Of a stretch of DNA of 64,000 nucleotides, positions 19,451-28,263 are shown piece after piece. The DNA comes from an uncultured Nitrospirales bacterium (lineage in GTDB: Bacteria; Hydrogenedentota; Hydrogenedentia; Hydrogenedentales; GCA-2746185): assembly GCA_964620045.1 (NCBI GenBank), contig CAZUJL010000022.1, positions 1,498 through 65,497 of the forward strand. The letters run 5' to 3'. Numbering within the stretch: the first letter of the stretch is position 1; each line of letters starts with the position of its first letter. The notes under the pieces are model-generated. The model ran no database searches. It saw only the letters and a program-made list of their open reading frames with translations, and was not told the DNA's origin. The translations under genes and the position numbers were made by a program.

Positions 19451-19607
19451 TTCAGGGCAACAAAAACCGACGCCCCTGTCGAAATTATCGCCGATACGCA
19501 TTTCCGGCACTTGACTAAATTTGCTCGGCGGTCCAGAGTGGTCGGGGTAGTACATAGGTATAGAACAGTGATCCGCCTTCGATGAAGGGGAACTTGGGAG
19601 ACCTACT

Positions 19608-20957
19608 GTGAAGCTGCGATCCACGATGGGATGGTGTGCGGGATTTGCCGCGCTGACGGTGACGATCGGCGCGTGGGCGGCGGATGCTCCCGACGGCGCG
19701 CGGAAGATCACGTTTACGAAAGACATCCTGCCGATTCTCCAGGAGAACTGCCAGGAATGTCACCGGCCGGGCGGCGACACGGTCGCGGGCGTGGGCGCGC
19801 CGATGGCGTTGATCACGTACGACGAAGTGCGGCCGTGGGCGAAGGCGATGGCCGAGAAAGTGACGGCGAAGGAAATGCCGCCGTGGGACGCGACGGACGC
19901 GACGCACGGACTATTCGTCAACGAGCGCAGCCTGTCGGCGGAGCAGATCGATACATTCGTGAAGTGGGCGGCGAGTGGCGCGGCTCGCGGCAACCCGAGC
20001 GATGCGCCGCCGGTGAAAGAATTGGCGGACAACGACGGCTGGGTGATGGGCAAGCCCGATCTTGAAGTTTATTTGGAAGACCCGTATTGGGTGAAAGACG
20101 AGATTGTCGACATTCAACCGATGTTCCAGATCAAGATTACGAAAGAGATGCTGCCGGAGCCGCGCTGGATTCAGGCGGCGGAGTGCCGCCCGGCGACGTC
20201 GATGGTGCATCACACGTTCAGCACCGTAACGGCGCCCGCGGTGGAAGGGCATCCGGAGGAAATGTTTGCGCTGGTGTCCGCGGCGGCGGGTGAAGATCCG
20301 CAGCAGTTCCCGGACGGTTTCGGCAATCTGCTGCGGCCGGGTTCGGTGGTGAATATTTCGATGCACTACCACAAGGAGCCGGGACCGGGCACGGGCAAGT
20401 GGGACCGCTCGGGCGTGGGCATCAAGTTTTATCCGAAGGGCCGCGAGATTGAGCACAAGGTGAACTGGGGCCCGATCGGCGACAACGGCATCGGGAACGC
20501 GGGCTTCGAAGTGCCGCCGAATCACGCGAGCTGGCCGGTGGGCTGGAGCGGAACCTTTGATGACGACACGCTGCTGCTGTCGCTGCACCCGCACATGCAT
20601 TACCGCGGCAAGAGCATGACGTACACGGCGTATTACCCCGACGGCACGACCGAAATGCTGCTCGACGTTGACCGGTATAACTTCGCGTGGCAGACGATTT
20701 ACTTCTATAAACAACCGAAGCTCATTCCGGCGGGTACGCGCATTGACGCGATCGCGGTGTTTGATAATTCGGAAAGCGCGAAGGCCGCGTGGCCGGAGAT
20801 CGATACCTCGCAGCCGGTGCGGTTCGGCGAGGCGTCGACGGACGAGATGATGATCCCGTATGTGTCGTGGACGCATGCTGACCCGGTTGCGGGGCAGGCG
20901 TATCGCGACAAGAACATGGCGCACCGCAAGCGGGTGCTGACGGAAGGCGTGGAGTAA
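19608..20957 (+). CDS. secreted mono-haem cytochrome c fused to PHM/DBH-like copper monooxygenase domain (paralogue 2 of 4)
   Basis: GTG start with GGGAGA RBS 6 nt upstream (alternative ATG 19626); CQECH plus MPPW; MVHH ... MHYHKEPGPGTGKWD ... HPHMHYRGK ... FAWQ ... STDEMMIPY. Confidence 0.6.
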   Translation: MKLRSTMGWCAGFAALTVTIGAWAADAPDGARKITFTKDILPILQENCQECHRPGGDTVAGVGAPMALITYDEVRPWAKAMAEKVTAKEMPPWDATDATHGLFVNERSLSAEQIDTFVKWAASGAARGNPSDAPPVKELADNDGWVMGKPDLEVYLEDPYWVKDEIVDIQPMFQIKITKEMLPEPRWIQAAECRPATSMVHHTFSTVTAPAVEGHPEEMFALVSAAAGEDPQQFPDGFGNLLRPGSVVNISMHYHKEPGPGTGKWDRSGVGIKFYPKGREIEHKVNWGPIGDNGIGNAGFEVPPNHASWPVGWSGTFDDDTLLLSLHPHMHYRGKSMTYTAYYPDGTTEMLLDVDRYNFAWQTIYFYKQPKLIPAGTRIDAIAVFDNSESAKAAWPEIDTSQPVRFGEASTDEMMIPYVSWTHADPVAGQAYRDKNMAHRKRVLTEGVE

Positions 20958-20980
20958 GGTTGCTGGTCAACGAGAATTAC

Positions 20981-21013
20981 GCGGCAAACCTTCGCGGTTT
21001 GCCGCGTTTTTTG
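20981..21013 (+). terminator. intrinsic terminator
   Basis: Stem gcggcaaacc / ggtttgccgc with 5-nt loop, followed by gttttttg; 24 nt after the stop of the preceding gene. Confidence 0.65.
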
Positions 21014-21108
21014 TCCGTACACTCGGATTGAATGCGGATGGGTGTTGATACCGGCCGGAAGGTCGCGATATCGTGTTGCGGCTGAGTTCTGGAGGTCATT
21101 CCCGGTCT

Positions 21109-21855
21109 ATGAAGTACGCGATGTTGTTCGTGTGCGCGGCGAGTTACATTTTGTCAGGCGCGGCGGTGGCGGCCGAGCCGCGTCAGCCCGGCGAGAATGC
21201 CGAGGCGGCGGCGGTGAAGAATCCGCACGAGGCGAATGAGCAGTCGATTCAACAGGGTAAGCTGCAGTATGAGCGCTACTGCGTGACGTGCCACGCGCTG
21301 GACGGATCGGGCAAGACGGACATGACGGAGATGCTCGATGTGCCGCCGCAGACCTTTGCGGACAACGAGTGGAAGTATGGCAAGACCGATGGCGAGCTGT
21401 TCAGCGTAATCAAGGATGGCGGCCAGAACGGCATGCAGGGTTTCGTCGGCAAGATTCCCGACGATCGGATTTGGCACGTGATTAATTATATCCGGACTTT
21501 TTCGAAGGCGGGTGAAGGCGACGCGGGCGCGGCGGTGGCGGAAACGGACGTGCCGGAGAACCCGATCGCGACGTCACCGGAATCGGTGGCGCTGGGCAAG
21601 CAGTACTACGCTCGATTCTGTGTGAAGTGCCACGGATTGAATGGCCGGGGCGATACGGAGATGCGCGAATTTTTGAGCACGCATCCGAGTGATTTTACGG
21701 ATGGCGAGTGGAAGTACGGCAACAAGGACGGCAATATTTTTAACGTCATCAAGAACGGCACCGAATACGACATGACGGCCTTTAAAGACACCGTGGACGA
21801 CGAGAAAATCTGGCACATGGTGAATTATCTTCGGAGCTTCGAAAAGAAAAAATAG
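21109..21855 (+). CDS. secreted dihaem c-type cytochrome
   Basis: Start at ATG 21109 (GGAGGT RBS upstream); signal peptide; two CxxCH motifs (CVTCH, CVKCH), each followed by a repeated module ending WH(V/M)(I/V)NY(I/L)R(T/S)F. Confidence 0.8.
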   Translation: MKYAMLFVCAASYILSGAAVAAEPRQPGENAEAAAVKNPHEANEQSIQQGKLQYERYCVTCHALDGSGKTDMTEMLDVPPQTFADNEWKYGKTDGELFSVIKDGGQNGMQGFVGKIPDDRIWHVINYIRTFSKAGEGDAGAAVAETDVPENPIATSPESVALGKQYYARFCVKCHGLNGRGDTEMREFLSTHPSDFTDGEWKYGNKDGNIFNVIKNGTEYDMTAFKDTVDDEKIWHMVNYLRSFEKKK

Positions 21856-21886
21856 CGCTTCGGGGCGCTGGCGGAGGACAGACACG

Positions 21887-23839
21887 ATGAGCGGAAAGCG
21901 CACGGAAAAACAATCCAAGCCATCGAGCGAAAGCCGGCGTGACTTCATCAAAACCGCGGCGCTCGGCGCGGGTCTGTCGGCATTGGCGGGCGGCGCCGCA
22001 AAAGCAGCCACTCCAGAAACGGGCGACCACGCAATCTCGCGTCCGCAACAGTTCACGGACCTGGCGTCGGTGCCACCACCGGATGATTTTGCGTTTCCCG
22101 CGTCGGGCGCGCAGATTTTTGCCGAGGCGTGCAAGAAAGAGGGACTGGCGGCGCTGTTCTGCTGCCCCGGCAACTACAGCATCATCAGCGCGCTGGCGAA
22201 TGCCGGCATCCCGAGTTTCGGCGGGCGCACCGAGGGTCCGATGTGCTCGGCGGCGGATGCGTTTATCCGCGTGACGGGCGAGATCGCCGCGGCCTCGGGC
22301 ACGGAAGGTCCCGGATTCACGAACATGATTTGCGCGATTGCGGCGGCGAACTCCTGCCGCACGCCGTTGCTGGTGCTGGCGAGCAACATGTCGCTGCGCG
22401 GCGATGACACCGAGCGCAACTTGCAGCGCGGCTACCAACAACCGACGACCGAGGGCATCAAGAAGTACGGCAAGCGCATTGTGACGAAAGAGCGCGTGCA
22501 CGAATACGCGGGCTATGCGTTCCGCCAACTGAAGACGGGGGTGCCGGGACCGGTCCATCTGGATTTCGTGGAAGAAGCCGCGGGACGCGAATCGACGATC
22601 GAGAGCGCCGCGGATCTGGACGCGTACTGGGGACTTGAGCAATACCGGACGATGGCGCGGCCGCATCCGGATCCGAAAGAGATTGATCGCGCGCTCGATT
22701 TGATTAAGCAGGCGCAACGTCCGCTCATTGTCGCGAGCACGGGCGTGTTCTACAGCAAGGCGTGGGACGCGCTGAAGGCGTTTGCGGAAAAGGCGCAGAT
22801 TCCCGTGGCGGAATCCGGCCCGACCCGCGGGCATTTCTCGGACGGTCACCCACTCTCGGCGAGCACGGCGCCGACGGCGATTTACAGCGTGGATTTGGCC
22901 ATCTTCGTCGGGCAGTACTGCATGCCGAGCGTGGGCGAGTATCCGTTTGACGTGAACTGCAAATACATTCGCATCGAGCCGGAGGGCCGCGACATTGGCC
23001 GCAACATTCCGATCGATGTGGGTATCGTGAGCTGCGAGAAGGCCGCGCTCGAAGCGCTGGCGGACAAGTGCCCCGCGATGAAGCACGATGCGTGGGTGGC
23101 GGAAGTGGCCGCGGCGCGCGAGGCGTTTGAAAAAGAAAACGACGAGCACTATGCGCTCGGCAAGGGCTACACGGATGCCGTGCACCCGGCCGTGATCGCT
23201 ACGGAACTCGCGAACTTCCTCTACAAGGGAAAACTGCCGCCCGATCAGACAACCGTGGTGTCGGGTGGGTTCGGCATTGCAAAGTACACGCGGCGGCGGC
23301 TGCGCGCGTTCCGTCCGGGCCAGATCTGCAACGGCGCCTATCAGTACGGATCGATCGGGCCGGACGTGGGCTATACCTTTGGCGTGGGCGTGGCGAAAGA
23401 CCTGGGCGTCGGCGTGCAGAAGCCGTATCAGGGCGGGCCGGTGGTGGCGGTCACGGGTGACGCGGGCTTTGCCTATTCCGCGTTTGAGATCGACACGATG
23501 GCGAAGTATCGAATTCCGGGCATCGTGATCGTGTACAACAACAATGCGTGGGGCACGTGGGCGGGGTATTCGAAGATGCCGCGTGCCGGCCACATCCATC
23601 TGTTCCAGGAAAACCTGCGGTACGACAAGGTGGCCGAGGGTCTGGGCGGACACGGCGAATATGTGACGTCGCCGGATCAGTTCACGCCGGCGCTGGAGCG
23701 GTGCTGGCAGATCGCGGTGAGCGAGCGTAAGCCGTGCGTGATCAACTGTCAGGCGAAAAAGGAATTCTGGATCGCGCGCGAGTACGCACCGGGCATGCTG
23801 GGCCAGGTCGAGCCGGGCGCAATGTCCTACAACCACTAG
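21887..23839 (+). CDS. Tat-exported thiamine-diphosphate-dependent enzyme (acetolactate synthase / pyruvate oxidase / oxalyl-CoA decarboxylase superfamily)
   Basis: Twin-arginine motif [19 protein letters not shown]; N-terminal pyrimidine-binding domain (FCCPGN ... [33 protein letters not shown]) and C-terminal ThDP motif [33 protein letters not shown]. Confidence 0.75.
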   Translation: MSGKRTEKQSKPSSESRRDFIKTAALGAGLSALAGGAAKAATPETGDHAISRPQQFTDLASVPPPDDFAFPASGAQIFAEACKKEGLAALFCCPGNYSIISALANAGIPSFGGRTEGPMCSAADAFIRVTGEIAAASGTEGPGFTNMICAIAAANSCRTPLLVLASNMSLRGDDTERNLQRGYQQPTTEGIKKYGKRIVTKERVHEYAGYAFRQLKTGVPGPVHLDFVEEAAGRESTIESAADLDAYWGLEQYRTMARPHPDPKEIDRALDLIKQAQRPLIVASTGVFYSKAWDALKAFAEKAQIPVAESGPTRGHFSDGHPLSASTAPTAIYSVDLAIFVGQYCMPSVGEYPFDVNCKYIRIEPEGRDIGRNIPIDVGIVSCEKAALEALADKCPAMKHDAWVAEVAAAREAFEKENDEHYALGKGYTDAVHPAVIATELANFLYKGKLPPDQTTVVSGGFGIAKYTRRRLRAFRPGQICNGAYQYGSIGPDVGYTFGVGVAKDLGVGVQKPYQGGPVVAVTGDAGFAYSAFEIDTMAKYRIPGIVIVYNNNAWGTWAGYSKMPRAGHIHLFQENLRYDKVAEGLGGHGEYVTSPDQFTPALERCWQIAVSERKPCVINCQAKKEFWIAREYAPGMLGQVEPGAMSYNH

Positions 23840-23902
23840 CTTACTTTCTTTTCGACTTACTTTCTTTTCGAGAAAAGGAAGTAAGCAAAGAAAAGCCGTT
23901 GT

Positions 23903-23935
23903 GGGTGGCGCGAATGCGCCACCCATTTAATTTTG
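23903..23935 (+). terminator. intrinsic terminator after the ThDP enzyme gene
   Basis: Stem gggtggcgc / gcgccaccc with loop gaat, followed by atttaattttg; preceded at 23839-23893 by a 15-nt tandem direct repeat (cttactttcttttcg x2) that can also pair with the downstream gaaaaggaagtaag. Confidence 0.5.
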
Positions 23936-23962
23936 TGATGGGGATTTGCGAGTACGATTCTT

Positions 23963-24469
23963 ATGGCTGCGAAGACAAAGCGGACAGCAAAAACTAAACC
24001 TGCGAAAGATTATGTGGGCGTGGTGCGGGAGTTGTTGGCGCCGCTTGCGCAGCGCGGGGTCATCCGCAGTCTGGATGAGCGCACTGTTCGCGGGAAGACT
24101 GAGTTCCGGTTCATGTGGCTGCTGGATCGGCGATTCACGATGGTGTTCGATCCGGAGAACGGGAAAATCACGTTGAAGGATTTGTTGCCGAACGTTTCGG
24201 TGAAGTCGGATGTGGCGGAGGCCGTGCGCGGATGGGTCGCGGGTCGCGCCGAGAAGTCGCTGCCTCCCCACCGCCGTCTCGATCCCGCCAAAATTACCGC
24301 GCAGGTGTCCGTGCGCGGCGACATGCTGAGCATCGCGTTCGACGTGAAACGCAACCAGTACGCCTACGCCGTGCCCAAGGTGCTGAACTTCTGTAACGAA
24401 CTTTTTGGGCACCTCAGCATGTACCAGGTCCAATATATGTGGGCGCACATGGGTTTGCCGGAAGAGTAG
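23963..24469 (+). CDS. hypothetical protein
   Basis: 168 aa, Lys-rich N-terminus, no recognisable motif. Confidence 0.3.
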   Translation: MAAKTKRTAKTKPAKDYVGVVRELLAPLAQRGVIRSLDERTVRGKTEFRFMWLLDRRFTMVFDPENGKITLKDLLPNVSVKSDVAEAVRGWVAGRAEKSLPPHRRLDPAKITAQVSVRGDMLSIAFDVKRNQYAYAVPKVLNFCNELFGHLSMYQVQYMWAHMGLPEE

Positions 24470-24487
24470 TGAGCGGCGGGCGAGTCA

Positions 24488-24575
24488 GCCGTCCCTACGG
24501 GACTGATTGGGTGATGCGGGCATGGACCCCGGCGTTGAAACGCCGGGCTACTATCATCTGCCCCTCCGGGGCAAT
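24488..24575. repeat. structured intergenic repeat element, copy A (three hairpins)
   Basis: Shares cgtccctacgggact (hairpin gtccc-tac-gggac) and a terminal gcccctc(c/t)ggggc hairpin with a second copy at 41470-41558, at nearly identical spacing (69 vs 71 nt); the central hairpin differs in sequence but not in structure (ccccggcg-ttgaaa-cgccgggc here). Confidence 0.5.
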
Positions 24576-24808
24576 AAGCCCTGTGTATTTGCCAAGCCTC
24601 GGAAACGCCCTATTCACAAATGCTAAATATGCCGATTTTAGACAACCAATACCCGTGAATGTATTTCGTGGCTTTTCGCAATTTGCGGACTATGGCTCCC
24701 GTGCTATTATCGCCGGGTTAGAGGTTTATGTAGCTGCGGGAGCTCTGCGCGGAGCCGTATCGTTTTACGACGTAACGGTTTGTCACGCGCATTTCGGAGG
24801 GCGGGCAC

Positions 24809-26131
24809 GTGATGGGTTGGCAAGCGCGACAATGGTGCGGCGCGGCAGCGGCCGCGATGGCGATTTCGGCGTCGTGGGCACACGCGGATGCGCCGGCCTC
24901 GGTAACTTTCAGCAAAGACGTCCTCCCGATCTTCCAAAAAAATTGCCAGGACTGCCATCGCCCCTCCGGCGCGAATTTGTCGGGCATGGTGGCGCCGATG
25001 TCACTCACCTCGTACGAAGAAGCGCGTCCTTGGGCGAAGGCAATTGTCACCGCGGTGACCACCAAAAAAATGCCGCCGTGGTTTGCGTCAGCGGAACAAC
25101 ACGGCCAGTTCGAACTCGAGCGCGGCCTTACGCAGGACGAGATCGACACGATCGTGAAATGGGCTGAAACGGGTGCGAAACGCGGCAACCCGGAAGACGC
25201 GCCTGCACCGCTTGAGTTCCCGTCGTCTGAGGGTTGGGTGATGGGCGAACCGGATATTGTGATTCCTCTTCCGGAGCCGTATTGGGTTGCGGACGAAGTC
25301 GAGGATATTCAGCCGAGCTTCGATCTGATCTTGACCGAAGACATGCTTTCCGAAGACAAGTGGGTGAAGTGGATCGAATTCCGGCCGGGCTGCAAGATCA
25401 TTCACCACGGCGGCGCGAGCACACAGCCGCTGGGCCCCGACGGCAAGCCGGTGGTCGATCCGATCAGCGGCGGCAAGCTGATCGGCACGGCGCAGGGCGA
25501 TGGTCCGGATGTGTGGCCGGAAGGTTTCGGCAAACTCGTGCGCAAGGGTTCGCGCTTCAGCTTCAACATTCACTACAACAAAGAACCGGGGCCGGGCACG
25601 GGCGTGTGGGACCGGTCGATGATCGCGATCAAGTGGCAGACGACGCCGGTGAAACATGTGGTGCGTTCGGCGGGCGTGAGCTCGCGCGGCTGGGAAATTC
25701 CGCCGCACACGGCGGACTGGACGGTCGGCGCGGCGAAGACCTTTGACGAAGACGCGTACATCATCAACATGATGCCGCACATGCACTGGCGCGGGACGAA
25801 GGCGAAGTATGAGCTGGTGTATCCCGATGGCAAGCGCGAGACGCTGCTGGATGTGCCGGGCTACAACTTCGCGTGGCAATTGACCTACACGTACAAAGAG
25901 CCGAAGTTTGCGCCCGCGGGCAGCCGGCTTGAAGTGACGATGGTGTATGACAACTCGGACGGCAATGCGTTCATCAAGGATCCGGAGCGTCCGATCAGCT
26001 TTGGGTCGATGACCAAGGACGAGATGAATATCGGCTGGACGGAGTACGCGAATGCCGCGCCGATTCATGACATTTTGAACCACGACTTTGGCGTCGAGGG
26101 AACCGGCGTCGAAGATTTGGATCCGGAATGA
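24809..26131 (+). CDS. secreted mono-haem cytochrome c fused to PHM/DBH-like copper monooxygenase domain (paralogue 3 of 4)
   Basis: GGAGGG RBS; CQDCH plus MPPW; KIIHH ... NIHYNKEPGPGTGVWD ... MPHMHWRGTK ... FAWQ ... MTKDEMNIGW; overlaps paralogue 4 by 4 nt (ATGA). Confidence 0.6.
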   Translation: MMGWQARQWCGAAAAAMAISASWAHADAPASVTFSKDVLPIFQKNCQDCHRPSGANLSGMVAPMSLTSYEEARPWAKAIVTAVTTKKMPPWFASAEQHGQFELERGLTQDEIDTIVKWAETGAKRGNPEDAPAPLEFPSSEGWVMGEPDIVIPLPEPYWVADEVEDIQPSFDLILTEDMLSEDKWVKWIEFRPGCKIIHHGGASTQPLGPDGKPVVDPISGGKLIGTAQGDGPDVWPEGFGKLVRKGSRFSFNIHYNKEPGPGTGVWDRSMIAIKWQTTPVKHVVRSAGVSSRGWEIPPHTADWTVGAAKTFDEDAYIINMMPHMHWRGTKAKYELVYPDGKRETLLDVPGYNFAWQLTYTYKEPKFAPAGSRLEVTMVYDNSDGNAFIKDPERPISFGSMTKDEMNIGWTEYANAAPIHDILNHDFGVEGTGVEDLDPE

Positions 26132-27453
26132 GCAACGGCTTTTTGCCGCAGGGAGATTTGGGAATGGTGCTACGGTTTGGTGTGGCGGGTGTGCTCGCGG
26201 CGGGCGCGATTTGTGCCGGCGCGGCGGCAGACGAGAAGGTCACGTTCACGAAAGACGTGCTTCCGATTCTGCAAGAGAACTGCGTGAAGTGTCACCGGCC
26301 CGGCGGCGACAACATTGCCGGCATGGTGGCGCCGATGTCGCTGATGACGTACGACGAAGTGCGTCCGTGGGCGAAGGCGGTGGCGAAGGCGGTAACCGAG
26401 AAGAAGATGCCGCCGTGGTTCACGACCGAGCAGTTCCACGGCATTTTCGAGAACGAGCGCGTGCTGAGCGAGCAGGAAGTGCAAACGATTGTTTCCTGGG
26501 CGAGCAGCGGCGCGGCGCGCGGCAATCCGCAGGATGCGCCGGCCCCGGTGGTGTTTGAAGACACGGGCGGCTGGCTGACGGGTACGCCGGACCTCGTGGT
26601 GAAAATGCCGGAGCCGTACTTCGTGAAGGACGACGTGGAAGACATCTACGTCAATTTTGTGACCGACCCGATTTCCGAAGCGGACCTGCCGAAGGACCGC
26701 TGGCTGCGCGCGATTGAGTGGCGCGGACAGAGCGAAGTCGTGCATCACATTGTGGGCGGCGCGAGCGTGAAAGACGCGAACGGCGACCAGCTTTACTACG
26801 AACTCGGCTCCATTGCGCCGGGCGAAGAGGGCATGCTGTTCCCCGAGGGCCACGGCAAACTGTTGCCGAAGGGATCGAAGGTCCATTTCCAGATGCACTA
26901 CCACAAGGAAAGCGGACCGGGGACGGGCACGTGGGACCAGTCGATGGTCTCGTTCCGCTTCTGGGACGAAGAGAAGGACCCGAAGATCCAGTACGCGATG
27001 GCGCGCTCGGGCATTTCGAACCACACGTTTGAGATTCCGCCGAACCACGAAGCGTGGCCGGTGGGCGCGGCGATCACGTTTGACGAAGACACGACGATCC
27101 ACGCGCTGCACCCGCACATGCACCTGCGCGGGAAGGACGCGCGGTACATCGCCTACTACCCCGACGGCTCGCAGGAAGAGTTGCTGTGGGTGCCGAATTT
27201 CGACTTCAACTGGCAATTGGACTACACGTACGCCGAGCCGAAGAAAGTGCCGGCGGGTACGCGCGTGGAATTCACGGCGCACTACGACAACTCGCCGGAC
27301 AATATCTACAACCCGGACCCGACCATTTCGATGGCGTGGGGCGGGCCGACGACGATGGAAATGATGATTGGGTATATCGCCTTCTGCAATACGGAACCGA
27401 GCGATAACCCCATGCCGGCGGCGCGCAAGGCGACGGGCGAAGCCTCGGAGTGA
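26128..27453 (+). CDS. secreted mono-haem cytochrome c fused to PHM/DBH-like copper monooxygenase domain (paralogue 4 of 4)
   Basis: Translationally coupled to paralogue 3 (alternative ATG 26164); CVKCH plus MPPW; EVVHH ... QMHYHKESGPGTGTWD ... HPHMHLRGKD ... FNWQ ... TTMEMMIGY. Confidence 0.6.
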   Translation: MSNGFLPQGDLGMVLRFGVAGVLAAGAICAGAAADEKVTFTKDVLPILQENCVKCHRPGGDNIAGMVAPMSLMTYDEVRPWAKAVAKAVTEKKMPPWFTTEQFHGIFENERVLSEQEVQTIVSWASSGAARGNPQDAPAPVVFEDTGGWLTGTPDLVVKMPEPYFVKDDVEDIYVNFVTDPISEADLPKDRWLRAIEWRGQSEVVHHIVGGASVKDANGDQLYYELGSIAPGEEGMLFPEGHGKLLPKGSKVHFQMHYHKESGPGTGTWDQSMVSFRFWDEEKDPKIQYAMARSGISNHTFEIPPNHEAWPVGAAITFDEDTTIHALHPHMHLRGKDARYIAYYPDGSQEELLWVPNFDFNWQLDYTYAEPKKVPAGTRVEFTAHYDNSPDNIYNPDPTISMAWGGPTTMEMMIGYIAFCNTEPSDNPMPAARKATGEASE

Positions 27454-27477
27454 ACCTACGGTGAATCGTTAAGTCTG

Positions 27478-27513
27478 GCCCCGGAATCCAATGTGGTTCC
27501 GGGGCTTTCGTTT
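27478..27513 (+). terminator. intrinsic terminator
   Basis: Stem gccccggaa / ttccggggc, 10-nt loop, followed by tttcgttt; 25 nt after the paralogue 4 stop. Confidence 0.55.
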
Positions 27514-27567
27514 GGTAGAGTGGCAACGTTTCCTATTCCAGTGGCGCGAAGCCACGCGGCTGCGCAA

Positions 27568-28263
27568 ATGAGGACATTCGACATGACGAATACGCGGAAG
27601 GTGTGGGCGATCGTGGGCGCGGTGCTGCTGTGCGTGGAAGCACAGGTTTGTTTCGCGCAACAACAACCGGCGCAGACGACGACTCCGCCGGCGGACGTGG
27701 CGGCGGGCGGCGAGGATGCGCCGCTGGAAGGCGCGAGCAATGCCGCGGGCGGAACTGCGGAGGCACAAGCGCGCGCGCGACGTCGCATGCAAACCACGAC
27801 GACGGCGGCGCTGAAGATCGGCGACAAGAACATCAGCATGCTGGCGGCGATCCTGAAAGCGGACGCGCCGGACTATGCGTTGATCGACAAACTTAAAGAA
27901 GGCGACGTGCTGCAGATTACGCGCAGCCAGGCGATCAAGTTGAAGACCGATTTGCCGCTCACCTTCGGCGATGTGACGCTGAAAACCGAGAACGTCGCGA
28001 AGGGTTATGCCGGCGTGTACAGCTTGTGGATCAAGAAGACCGCGGACGGCTGGGCGTTTGTGTTCAACCAGAAGCCGGACGTATGGGGCACGATGTATGA
28101 CGCGGCCGCGAATGTTGGCGAGGTGAAGGTTGAACATGGCGCGCCGGAAAAGACCGACGAAGGCCTGAAGTTTGCGATCGAGCAGCAGGGCACGGACGGC
28201 GGTACGATCAAAATCTCGTGGGGCGCGCACCAGTGGTCCGCCAAGTTCGCCATCGCCCAGTGA
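27568..28263 (+). CDS. secreted protein with DUF2911-like domain (paralogue of 2751..3764)
   Basis: Start moved to MRTFDMTNTRK (27568) because the ORF-track start at 27493 overlaps the upstream terminator; signal peptide; C-terminal domain homologous to the 2751..3764 product; 3' end overlaps the PQQ dehydrogenase gene. Confidence 0.5.
   Translation: MRTFDMTNTRKVWAIVGAVLLCVEAQVCFAQQQPAQTTTPPADVAAGGEDAPLEGASNAAGGTAEAQARARRRMQTTTTAALKIGDKNISMLAAILKADAPDYALIDKLKEGDVLQITRSQAIKLKTDLPLTFGDVTLKTENVAKGYAGVYSLWIKKTADGWAFVFNQKPDVWGTMYDAAANVGEVKVEHGAPEKTDEGLKFAIEQQGTDGGTIKISWGAHQWSAKFAIAQ

Noticed and set aside
19911-20924. 337-aa minus-strand ORF antisense to monooxygenase paralogue 2
   Set aside because: Arg-rich shadow ORF. 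The sense frame carries conserved haem and copper motifs.
28218-28260. ORF-track start of the PQQ dehydrogenase at 28218 (MGRAPVVRQVRHRP...)
   Set aside because: It would place 14 charged residues before the signal peptide and overlap the upstream gene further. A GTG at 28261 yields a canonical signal peptide. Both remain possible.
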